Origin: Squalus acanthias | Taxonomy: Eukaryota | Length of the DNA stretch: 64,000 nt | Reading direction: 5' to 3' | NCBI GenBank assembly: GCA_030390025.1 | Contig: CM059432.1 | Location: 151,034,001-151,098,000 of the forward strand | In this document: in pieces, positions 25,101 to 36,273 of the stretch | How positions within the stretch are numbered: position 1 is the stretch's first letter | Layout: each line of letters begins with the position of its first letter | Position numbers and translations under genes: made by a program | The notes under the pieces: generated by a model | Database searches by the model: none | The model's input: the letters and a program-made list of their open reading frames with translations, nothing else | Told to the model about the DNA's origin: nothing

Positions 25101-25910
25101 CCACATCCCATAAACGAATTTTAAAAAAATTAATGAAGGGGTAACAGAGCACTTAGAAAATCATAGTATGATTAGGCAGATTCAACATGGTTTTATGAAA
25201 GGGAAATCATTTTTAACAAATTTATTAGAGTTTTTTGAGGATGTAACCAGCAGGGTAGATAAAGGGGAACCAGTGGATGTAGTATATTTGGATTTCCAAA
25301 AGGCATTCGATAAGGTGCCACATAAAAGGTTGTTATGTAAGCTAAGGGCTCATGAGGTTGGGGATAATTTAGGTGTCCTCGTACAGGAAACACAGAAAGT
25401 TAGAATGCAGGTACAACAAGCAATTAGGAAGGCAAATGGCATGTTGGCCTTTATTGCAAGGGGGTTGGATTACAAGAGTAAGGAAGTCTTACTACAATTG
25501 TACAGGGCCTTGGTGAGACCACACCTGGGGTACTGTGCACAGTTTTGGTCTCCTTATCTGAGAAAGGACATACATGCCTTAGAGGCGGTGCAATGAAGGT
25601 TCACTAGATTGATTCCTGGGATGAGAGGCTTGTCCTATGAGGAGAGATTGAGTAGATTGGGCCTATACTCTCTGGAGTTTAGAAGAATGAGAGGTGACCT
25701 CATTGAAACATACAAGATTCTGAAGGGGATTGACAGGGTAGATGCTGAGAGGTTGTTTCCCCTGGCTGGAATGTCTAGAACTAGGGGGTGTAGTCTCAGG
25801 ATAAGGGGTCGGCCATTTAAGACTGAGATGAGGAGGAATGTCTTCACTCAGAGAGTTGTGAATCTTTGGAATTCTCTGCCCCAGAGGGCTGTGAATGCTG
25901 AGTCTTTGAG
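22160..25910 (+). mobile_element. CR1 ORF2 fragment split by tRNA-headed LINE; internal deletion near 25368
   Basis: ...VGKMLESII (22440) continues at 25129 into QHGFMKGKS and DFQKAFDKVPH, then jumps to the C-terminus. Confidence 0.85.
22443..25128 (+). mobile_element. ORF1-less CR1-group LINE with tRNA-derived 5' head (copy 1, deleted and frameshifted)
   Basis: A box 22453-22463, B box 22514-22522; APE (TNIWGL, DIVILTES, GDFN); RT (NYRPISLL, DIKAAFD, GVPQGSVLGP, FADD); A-rich tail. Confidence 0.9.
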
Positions 25911-26207
25911 ATTGTGAGCAGTGGAGGATGAGCAGACCTAACAGGGGACTGGAGCAGAGAGAGAAAAAAATGAAGGAGTGACATCACAGGACTGCAGGTA
26001 GGTGATTGGTCGGTGAGTATTAGAGCGTTTTTTTTGTCTCTAAACTAGTGCAATGTTTTAAACTAAGAGCTGGGGAGCAATAACTAGTATTTTATTGGAT
26101 TGATAACTTAACTAGATAAACTAATTAATTAATATAACTCTAAATAATCACTTGATAAAATACTTTAACTAATTTAAATAAACATATAAATAAAAAAAAC
26201 ACTAGAG

Positions 26208-27156
26208 ATGGCAGGGCAGGCTGTGTGTCGGGACTGTAGTATGTGGGAGTTTGTGGACAGCGAGACTGTCCCGGATTCCCACATCTGCAGGAAATGTCTC
26301 TGCCTTCAGTCACTCCGGCTCAGAGTGATTGAGCTGGAGTGCGAGTTAGAGACACTCCGACACATAAGGGGGGTAGGAATTTCTGGACAGTTTTATCCAG
26401 AATACAGTCACACCCCAGAGGAAAGCACAGGTTCAGGAAAGTGAGGGTGTGACTGCTAGGGAGCTGGGTAGTGGGGACTTAGAAGAGGTTGAGGAGGAGG
26501 TCCCGCAGACACTGGTCCTGTCCAACAGGTACGATGTACTCGCTACCTGTGAGGACAAGGAGAAAGACTGCGGGGAGGACAGCCACAATGCAGGCCAAGG
26601 CACCGTGGCTCAGAAGGCTGTCCAAGGGGGGGGGTGGGGAAGAACAGAATAGAGATATGGTAGTGATAGGGGACTCTATAATTAGGGGTATAGATAGTGT
26701 TCTCTGCAGCCAAGAACGAGAATCCCGAAGGGTGTGTTGCCTACCCGGTGCCAGGGTAAGGGATATCTCGAGGCGGTTGGAGAGGAACTTGGAAAGGGAG
26801 GGGGTAAATCCAGTTGTTGTGGTCCATGTCGGAACAAATGACTTAGGTAGGAACAGGGAGGAGGTCCTGCTGAAGGAGTATCAGGAGTTAGGAGCTAAAT
26901 TAAAAAGCAGGACCTCGAGGGTAATAATCTCTGGATTATTGCCCGAGCCACATGCAAATTGGCATAGACACAGTCAGATCAGGAGAATTAAGACGTGGCT
27001 AAAGGGCTGGTGTGGGAAGGAGGGGTTCCTTTTCATGGGACACTGGCACCAGTACTGGGACAGGAAGGAGCTGTACCGATGGGACGAGCTCCACCTGAAC
27101 TGGGATGGGACCTAGCGGAAAGGGTAAATAGGGAGGTGGCAAAGGCTTTAAACTAG
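26208..27156 (+). pseudogene. CR1 ORF1 (CxxC..HxCxxC zinc finger, coiled coil, SGNH esterase), frameshifted
   Basis: CRDCSMW..HICRKC; GDSIIR, HVGTND, DELHLN; ends ALN*. Confidence 0.88.
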
Positions 27157-29637
27157 TAAGACGGGGCGAGGGATCTACAAGAAATGAAACCAGCCTAAAT
27201 ATAAACAAAACAGGAAAGAACAGCAGAGGAAAGAGTGAAGTAAGGGAGGACATTGGTGGCCAGGGAATAAATAGAGTTATAGAACAGGGGTGTAAATAGA
27301 TGATTAAAAATAAAGTGAAAGAAACTGCTATTAAAAATGAGTTAAACTGTCTGTACAGCAATGCACACAGTGTCCAGAATAAAACTGGGGATCTGGAGGC
27401 AATCATGCATTGCGAGGAACCAGATGTAGTAGGGATTACTGAGACATGGCCACAGAAAAATCAGGACTGGAATTAAACATTGCAGGGTATAACATATTTA
27501 GAAAAGATAGAGAGTAGAAAAGGAGAGGTGGAGTAGCTGTACTTATTAGGGATAACAAAATGGTAGTAGAAAAAATTGGCGCAGCTATCAGCAAGACAGA
27601 AATAGAATCCATGTGGACAGAGATAAAAGATAATAAAGGATCAATCACACTAATAGGTGTAGTCTACAGGCCACCTAATAGTGGAAGGGAGGTGGAGGAA
27701 GAAATGTGCAGCCAAATTAGGGAAATGAGTAAAAAACATAGAATAATAATCATGGGGGATTTCAATTACCCAGATATTAATTGGATAGAAGAGGTAGGTA
27801 AATTGGATAAGGGAATGGAGTTCCTATAATGTGTACAGGACTCCTTTCTAACCCAATATGTAAAAAGCCCAACAAGGGAGGATTCGCTATTGGATCTAGT
27901 AATGGGGAATGAACCAGAGCAGATAAGAGAAATAAAAGTAGGGGAACATCTAGGCAATAGGGACCATAATATAATACGCTTTAAGATTATAATTGAGAAA
28001 GACATAAGTATGACAAAGACCAGGGTAATAGATTGGAGAAAAGCTGATTTTGAGGGGCTGAGACTAGAACTTGGGAAAATAAAATGGGCAACAAAATTGG
28101 CAAACAATGATGTAGAACAGCAATGGAAAACATTTAAAACGGTGCTCAACAGAATCCAGGAAAAATATATTCTGCTAAAAAACAAGAACAAGCTAAACAC
28201 TAATGAGACACCGTGGATGAATAAAGCTGTAAGAGAAAACTTGAGAGTAAGGAAAGAGGCATACATTAAGTACATGGGCATCAAGGGAAAGCATGAGAAA
28301 AGAGAATATGAAGAGATTAGGAGAGAAGTCAAAAAAACAATTAGGACGGCAAAGAGGAACTATGAAATTCAATTATCAAGGAATATAAAACAAAATAGTA
28401 AAATATTTTACAGGCACATCAATAAAAAAAAGGAAGGTTGGGATGGGAATATACCACAGGTAACGATAGGGAGATGGCAGAAATATTAAATCATTATTTT
28501 GCTTCGGTATTTACCAGGGAGATAGAACAGGTGGACATGACATTGGATGATGAGATGAGTAATGAGATAAGTGCATTTAAAATAAAAAAAAGGGATATAT
28601 TAAATAAACTAATCAAACTCAGAGGATAAAACCCCTGGTCCAGATGGATTGCATCCCCACATTTTAAAAGAATCTAGGGAAGAGATAGCAGAGGCATTAC
28701 TACACATATTTAATAATTCGTTAGAAAAAGGTGTAGTGCCAGAAGACTGGTGGATAGCTAACATAATACTGATATTTAAGAAGGGGGATAGAACATGTCC
28801 AGGGAATTATAGACCAGTCAGCTTAACATCGGTGGTAGGAAAACTAATGGAATCCCTACTAAAGGAGAAAATAGAAGAACATCTAGAAACGAAAAATATA
28901 ATAATGAATAGTCAGCATGGATTTCAAAAGGGAAAATCTTGCTTGACCAACCTTACTGATTTTTTTGAAGAGGTAACAGAGACAGTAGACAATGGGAATG
29001 CAGTAGATGTAATGTATCTAGATTTTCAAAAGGCCTTCGATAAGGTACCCTATAATAGACTGATGAACAAGGTCAGAGCATGCGGAGTCAGGGGACAAGT
29101 AGCAGAATGGATTGCTGGCTGGCTTCAAGACAGAAAGCAGAGAGTAGGAGTAAAGAGTAGCTATTCACAGTGGCTGAAGGTGGGTAGTGGTGTTCCACAA
29201 GGATCAGTGCTGGGACCACTGCTGTTCACGATTTAGATTTTGGAATCAAAAACACAATTTCTAAATTTGCGGATGACACCAAATTGGGGGGGATAGTCAA
29301 TACTGAGGAGGACTGCAAAAAATTACAGGAGGACATTAATAAACTTGCAGAATGGGCAAATAATTGGCAAATGAAGTTCAACACAGACAAATGTGAGGTA
29401 TTACATTTTGGTAGGAAGAATAGGGAGGTCACATCACTTGGAGGGTGCGAGTCTAGGTGGGGTAGAGGAACAAAGGGATCTGGGAGTACAAATACACAAA
29501 TCACTAAAAGTTGCAACACAGGTTAGCAAGGCCATTAAAATGCAAACCAAGCACTAGGGTTTATTTCTAGAGGGATAGAATTGAAAAGTAGGGAGATTAT
29601 GCTAAACCTGTATCGAATCTGGGTTAGACCACACTTG

Positions 29638-30354
29638 GGGGGAAAAATTCAGCTGCTTGCGCCTCCCGTTAGCGCCTTAAGAGGGCGCTAATGGGGCGTA
29701 AAGCAGCTAACGCCCGGGCGCAGCGCCGCCCACGCCTCCCGTAAAATTCAGCGGGAGGTTAGCGGCGGCGCCAGCCGGTAGCACCCTGTGGCGCTGCGCC
29801 GCCGGCGATGACGTCATCGCCGTGCGCAGCACCCCGCTCGCGCTCCAGCCGCGATCTTCAGTTGCGCCCCCTGATTTACCGCCAGACGCTATGTCCGACG
29901 GGTTCAGGGAGGCGTACGTGCGGCCGGGGCGGCGATATTTAAAGGGGAGGTGGCAGGCGGCCATTTTTGTTGCTGGCCGCCTGCCAGCACCTGCCCCCGT
30001 TGCTGTCCCCGGCCCCCGTGAAGCCCCCCCACCGTGAAGTGCCGGCTGCGCTCCAAGAGCCCGGCACTTCTCTTGAGTGCCGGGCTCTTTTGCCGGCACT
30101 CCCGATCCCTGGGGGCCCAGCTGGGCCCCGGTTCGCGCTGCGCAGGGTCCCTCCCCTTTAAGAAGGGGAGGAAGGCCTGCAATAACGTGGCGCGACGTGC
30201 CGCAGCGCCTGGTGCTGCGGCACGTAGCGCCAGGATATTCCCTCGCAGCGCCCCAAGAGGGATGCGGGGTGCTTCCAGTGGCGCCCCGCTTCCCTCTTGG
30301 GGCGCAACCACTGAAGTTCCGGCGCGGGGCCGCTAATTTTTCGGGGCGCTAAAA
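29638..30354. mobile_element. Harbinger MITE related to the 16629 element, right TIR lost
   Basis: Left ~85 bp nearly identical to 16629 onward (GGGGGAAAAATTCAG...TTAGCGCCTTAAGAGGGCGCTAATGGGGCG); body homologous to 4602-5292. Confidence 0.88.
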
Positions 30355-32708
30355 GTCACAATTAGAGGGTGAGAAGATTGGTTCTCAAACAAGCGTACTG
30401 AGCTTGAATAAAGGAGACTATGATCGTATGAGAGCGGAATTGATTAAAGTGGACTGGGAAAATAGATTAAAGGGTAAGACGGTACATGAGCAGTGGTGTT
30501 CACTTAAGGAGTTATTTTACAACTTTCAAAAGAAATATATTCCACTGAGGAAAAAAGGGTGTAAAAGAAATGACAGCCATCCGTGGCTAAGTAAAGAAAT
30601 TAAGGATAGTATCCGACTAAAAACAAGGACGTATAAGGTAGCCAAACATAGTGGGAGGATAGAAGATTGGGAAGTCTTCAAAAGACAGCAAAAAGTAACT
30701 AAAGGATTGATTAAGAAAGGGAAGATAGATTCTGAAAATAAATTAGCAAAAAATATAAAAACAGATAGCAAGAGTTTCTATAGTTATATAAAAAGAAAAA
30801 GGGTGGTTAAGGCAAACGTAGGTCCCTTAGAGGATGAGACCGGGAAATTAATGGTGGGAAACATGGAGATGGCAAAAATGCTGAACAAATATTTTGTTTC
30901 AGTCTTTACGGTAGAGGACACTAAGAATATCCCAACACTGGACAAACAGGGGGCTCTAGGGGGGGAGGAGCTAAATACGATTAAAATCACTAAGGAATTG
31001 GTACTCAGTAAAATAATGGGACTCAAGGCGGATAAATCCCCTGGACCTGATGGCTTACATCCTAGGGTCTTGAGGGAAGTGGCAGTAGGGATTGTGGATG
31101 CTTTGGTAATAATTTTCCAAAATTCCCTGGACTCAGCAAAGGTCCTGGCAGATTGGAAAACTGCTAATGTAACACCCTTATTTAAAAAGGGTAGTAGGCA
31201 GAAGGCTGGAAATTATAAACCAGTTAGCCTAACATCTGTGGTGGGTAAAATTTTGGAGTCTATTATTAAGGAGACAGTTACGGAACATTTAGATAAACAT
31301 AATTTAATAGGACAAAGTCAGCATGGCTTTATGAAGGGGAAGTCATGTCTGACAAATTTGCTTGAGTTCTTTGAGGACATAACGTACAGGGTGGATAAAG
31401 GGGAACCAGTGGACGTAGTGTATTTAGACTTCCAGAAGGCATTCGACAAGGTGCCACATAAAATATTATTGCTCAAGATAAAAAATCACTGGATTGGGGA
31501 TAATATTCTGGCATGGGTGGAGGATTGGTTATCTAACAGGAAGCAGAGTTGGGATAAATGGTTCATTCTCGGACTGGCAACCAGTAGCCAGTGGTGTTCC
31601 GCAGGGGTCGGTGCTGGGTCCCCAACTCTTTACAATCTATATTAACGATTTGGAGGAGGGGACCGAGTGTAACATATCAAAGTTTGCAGATGATACAAAG
31701 ATGGGAGCGAAATTAGAAAGTGAGGAGGACATAAAAAACCTACAAGGGGATATAGACAGGCTGGGTGAGTGGGCGGAGATTTGGCAGATGCAATACAATA
31801 TTGGAAAATGTGAGGTTATGCACTTCAGCAGGAAAAATCAGAGAGCAAGTTATTATCTTAATGGCGAGAAACTGGAAAGTACTGCAGTACAAAGGGATCT
31901 GGGGGTCCTAGTGCAAGAAAATCAAAAAGTTAGTATGCAGGTGCAGCAGGTGATCAAGAAGGCCAACGGAATGTTGGCTTTTATTGCTAGGGGGATAGAT
32001 TATAAAAACAGGGAGGTATTGCTGCAGTTGTATAGGGTATTGGTGAGACCGCACCTGGAATACTGCATACAGTTTTGGTGTCCATACTTAAGAAAAGACA
32101 TACTTGCTCTCAAGGCAGTACAAAGAAGGTTCACTCGGTTAATCCCGGGGATGAGGGGGTGGACATATGAGGAGAGGTTGAGTAGACTGGGACTCTACTC
32201 ATTGGAGTTCAGAAGAATGAGAGGCGATCTTATTGAAACATATAAGATTGTGAAGGGGCTTGATCGGGTGGATGCGGTAAGGATGTTCCCAAGGATGGGT
32301 GAAACTAGAACTAGGGGGCATAATCTTAGAATAAGGGGCTGCTCTTTCAAAACTGAGATGAGGAGAAACTTCTTCACTCAGAGGGTAGTAGGTCTGTGGA
32401 ATTTGCTGCCCCAGGAAGCTACATCATTAAATAAATTTAAAACAGAAATAGACAGTTTCCTAGAAGTAAAGGGAATTAGGGGTTACGGGGAGCGGGCAGG
32501 AAATTGGACATGAGGCTGAGTTCGGATCGGTCAAGGCCCTGTGGGTGGCGGAGCGGGCCCAGGGGCTGAGTGGCCGGGTCCTGCTCCTACTTCTTGTGTT
32601 CTTTAGATTTGAGGTTAGGATCAGATCAGCCATGATCTTATTGAATGGCGGAGCAGGCTCGAGGGGCCGATTGGCCTACTCCTGTTCCTATTTCTTATGT
32701 TCTTATGT
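30355..32708 (+). mobile_element. CR1, 5'-truncated, young, with doubled 3' UTR
   Basis: ORF2 30404-32513 broken by one frameshift near 31540; (TTCTTATG)n tail. Confidence 0.95.
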
Positions 32709-33010
32709 TAGAGGCCATCAATATAAGATAATCACCAAAAAATCCAATAGGGAATTCAGAAGAAACTTCTTTACCCAAAGAGTGGTGAGAATGTGGAACT
32801 CGCTACCACAGGGAGTGGTTGAAGCAAATAGTGTAGATGCATTTAAGGGGTGGCTGGACAAGCATATGAGGGAGAAGGGAATAGAGGGTTATGCTGATAG
32901 ATTTAGATGAGGAAAGACGGGAGGAGGCTCGAGTGGAGCATAAACACCGGCATGGACTGGTTGGGCCGAATGGCCTGTTTCTGTGTTGTATATCCTATGG
33001 AATCCTATGT

Positions 33011-33732
33011 GAGACTGAGATAAGGAGGAATTTCTTCACTCAGAGGGTTGTGAATGTTTGGGATGTGGATGCTGAGTCATTGAGTATATTCAAGGCTGAG
33101 ATGGGTCGATTTTTGGACTCTCGGGGAATCAAGGGATACGGAGATCGGGCGGGAAAGTGGAGTTGAGGTCGAAGATCAGCCATGATCTTAGTGAATGGAG
33201 GAGCAGGCTCGAGGGGCCGTGTGGCGGAGCAGGCTCGAGGGGCCGTGTGGCGGAGCAGGCTCGAGGGGCCTGTGTGGCAGAGCAGGCTCGAGGGGCCGTG
33301 TGGCGGAGCAGGCTCGAGGGGCCGTGTGGCGGAGCAGGCTCGAGGGGCCGTGTGGCGGAGCAGGCTCGAGGGGCCGTGTGACGGAGCAGGCTCGAGGGGC
33401 TGTGTGGCGGAGCAGGCTCGAGGGGCCGTGTGGCGGAGCAGGCTCGAGGGGCCGAGTGGCGGAGCAGGCTCGAGGGGCCGTGTGGCGGAGCAGGCTCGAG
33501 GGGCCGTGTGGCGGAGCAGGCTCGAGGGGCCGTGTGGTGGAGCGGGCTCAAGGGGCCGTGTGGCGGAGCGGGCTCGAGGGGCCGTGTGGCGGAGCAGGCT
33601 CGAGGGGCCGTGTGGCGGAGCAGGCTCGAGGGGCCGTGTGGCGGAGCAGGCTCGAGGGGCCGTGTGGCAGAGCAGGCTCAAGGGGCCGTGTGGCCGACAC
33701 CTGCTCCTAATTCTTATGTTCTTACGTTCCTT
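33011..33732 (+). mobile_element. CR1 3' fragment containing an expanded minisatellite
   Basis: TEIRRNFFTQRVVN...KGYGDRAGKWS*; UTR ending TTCTTATGTTCTTACG. Confidence 0.85.
33196..33690 (+). repeat. 26-bp minisatellite x19 (TGGCGGAGCAGGCTCGAGGGGCCGTG)
   Basis: Contiguous units with no spacers and few variants. Confidence 0.97.
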
Positions 33733-33747
33733 AAAATCTGATGCAAA

Positions 33748-33876
33748 ATACAGCAGCACCTCAGTACTGCACTGAAGTATCAGCCTAGCTCATGTGATCA
33801 AGTCTCTGGAATGCAACTTGAACCCAAGACCTTCTGACTCAGAGTTGAGCGTGCTGCTACTGAGCTAAGTCTGACA
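33748..33876 (-). mobile_element. tRNA-derived head of a Deu-type SINE
   Basis: Minus strand shows A box TAGCTCAGTAG and B box GGTTCAAGT. Confidence 0.6.
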
Positions 33877-33943
33877 CTAGGGATGGGCAATAAATGCTGG
33901 CCTTGCCAGCGACGCCCACATCCCATAAACGAATAAAAAAAAA
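33877..33943 (+). mobile_element. 3' tail-only insertion of the tRNA-headed LINE family
   Basis: TAGGGATGGGCAATAAATGCTGGCCTTGCCAGCGACGCCCACATCCC + A-run, matching 25063-25128. Confidence 0.85.
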
Positions 33944-36273
33944 ATTCAAAAATTGCACACCCAGCATTTACAGGCTACAGGTCATAATACTGATCTTAAA
34001 ATGGACTGAGGGAGAGGCAAGTTTTAAAAACTGTTGGATTAAAAAAAATCAACAAATAAATTCTTGCAAGAGAACCATGACAAAAATAGTGACCACGAGA
34101 TTGGACCTTGTTTCCAATCATATCAGAATATATATTTGTGGTCACTCTGTACACAAAAGGAATAATCAGTAAATAACTAGTGATGATTTCACTTGGGAAA
34201 GTTTAATCAATTGGCTGGTAGTTTTAGTTTATCAAATGAGGTAAATGTTCTTCTTTAACACTGCCAGTGCAGAACATCATGAGCCAGGAGCTCATATCTG
34301 GAATTCTGTCACTTCATGGACAGGAAATCATGGGCCCATAAATCAGGCACAAGGTCAAATTCATGATCTTTGTACCCACCATTTTACGTTCTGTGTATGA
34401 AGAAGATTCAGCCCACACGATTCTATATTACCTCATGTTTCATTATAATGGATTGTTCCAAAAACTCTTCTCGTGCTAAGTATCCATTGGGTTTGTGAAC
34501 AGAAAATGCTGTGGTACTTTTGAAAGGAATGGACATATTTTGCACTGGTTGTTAAATTTTACGAAGAAGTAGATATGGGTCAGCAGGGAACCAAGACTGG
34601 TAGAAAGAGGTGACGGATCTTTTACTTCCACTTCCCCCTGAGAGTCGTATTCCCTTCTTAACAGGAATTAACGGCATAAAATGTTGCTTGTTATGATTGG
34701 TAAACCCTTATTGAAAAAGTTGTGCAGAACTACGCCAGGGTGAGGGGTGAACAATATAAATCAAAGGTGAGCCCTGAAGGCTGATTCTCCGAATGCACGC
34801 TCCTGGTATGTATTGTTGCTGGACAGTAGTAGGAAATTATGGGCATGCTCCCCAACAATTTTCCACCTATTAAGATTAATGGAATCACTGCACAGCACAA
34901 ATCAAAAACCTTAATCTGTTTAGTAGTTCAAATGGGTATCTTTATTCATTACTGCTTTCTACCTTCAGCTAATGGGTATTATGCATCACTCATCAGGACA
35001 AATAATGAACCTCATGAGACAATTGCCTGAAAAATGTTCCAGAATTAGTACAAAATCTAATCAATATCTGTGTTATTGGTTTTTTTTCAAAAAGCTAACA
35101 CGAAAATAATAGAAGGGAATGACATTAGATTTTCTATAAATATTTAAACTGCATTGCTCTCACTCACCGACAATTTCTGTCATTTTATGCCAACAGTTAT
35201 GGAACAAATTTTCTGAAGAAAAAGACAACCTCCATGGTGAAATGAAATGGGTCAGAGCTCCTGCTAAGCTGACAATAGTCATTTATTTTACTTACTAATT
35301 AAAAAGGAGTTACTCTCTAATGTATGTCAACAATTGCCAGTAACAACATTGAGGCATCCTTATGTTCACTATTTTTCTACAACAATTGTTGTTTCCTTTA
35401 AAATAAGAGTTAATATTTCCATTAAAATGGCAGTGTTATGCATTTGACACAAATGTGTTATATAATTGTACAATAACACCACACAGCGCACAAAACCTTC
35501 CAAACAGTTCTGCTTTGAGCATTTGAGTCGTGCTAAATGTGATGAAAACAGAGTTTTTGTCCTGCAACAAGTGGGGAGAATTTTTGGTTTATATTTTCTC
35601 TCGATATGATTTTAGATAGAAAAGGTAGCTGTGAATTGCTTCAACTAGCGATAGCTGAAAAAGTGCTCCTTTATCTCTGTGGTAGACATCACCAAACAGA
35701 TATCTACAGTTTCAATCAGAGGTGGCCTCTGTCTGAAGTTCGTGCCACTGGCTGTAATTAGAAACTGGTTAGATCAAGTAGCGTTTGATAGCTGGAACAC
35801 CCTTGTTTAAAATTATATTGTATGTAACTCTGCAAACTGAGAGAAGTAGATGCAATTTAAAGAAATCTCAAATGACTGAACCATCAAGGACTCTTGTAAG
35901 AAGAGTCAGGTGTCAAAAGCAAATGGACCATCAGATAGCCAAGAGACCGCTAGTCACACGTTATTTACTTAAGTGTCAGAGATGGTTAATATCCCAATTG
36001 CCTGATCATGGAGAAGAATTCATTTGATTGTGAAATGAGCCTGTTTTAACATCCAAGTAAGGGTAGATGTTTAATTGAGAAGTAGCCCAGTGATTCCCAG
36101 CTCCCTGTTATATCTTGGGCTTTTTTTACTCTATATTTATGGGTTCAGCATCTCAGTCCACTCCCTTTAGTCGCCCAATATCTAAGCAGCTTATAATGAT
36201 TCCATGGATCAAACAGGAAACCTTCATTTTTGTATTCCAGCATATTGGTTTGAGAATTCATCCTGATATGCAT

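Larger units (their letters stand above)
25911..33010 (+). mobile_element. Near full-length CR1 (family A) interrupted by a MITE and a second CR1
   Basis: 5' UTR; ORF1 26208-27156; ORF2 ~27150-29637; probable 3' end resumes 32709-33010 with ATCCTATG tail. Confidence 0.85.

Noticed and set aside
33196..33690. CRISPR array
   Set aside because: Units are contiguous with no unique spacers, there are no cas genes, and the unit derives from the CR1 3' UTR.
33040..33775. Long repetitive ORFs on both strands
   Set aside because: Artefacts of a stop-free minisatellite.
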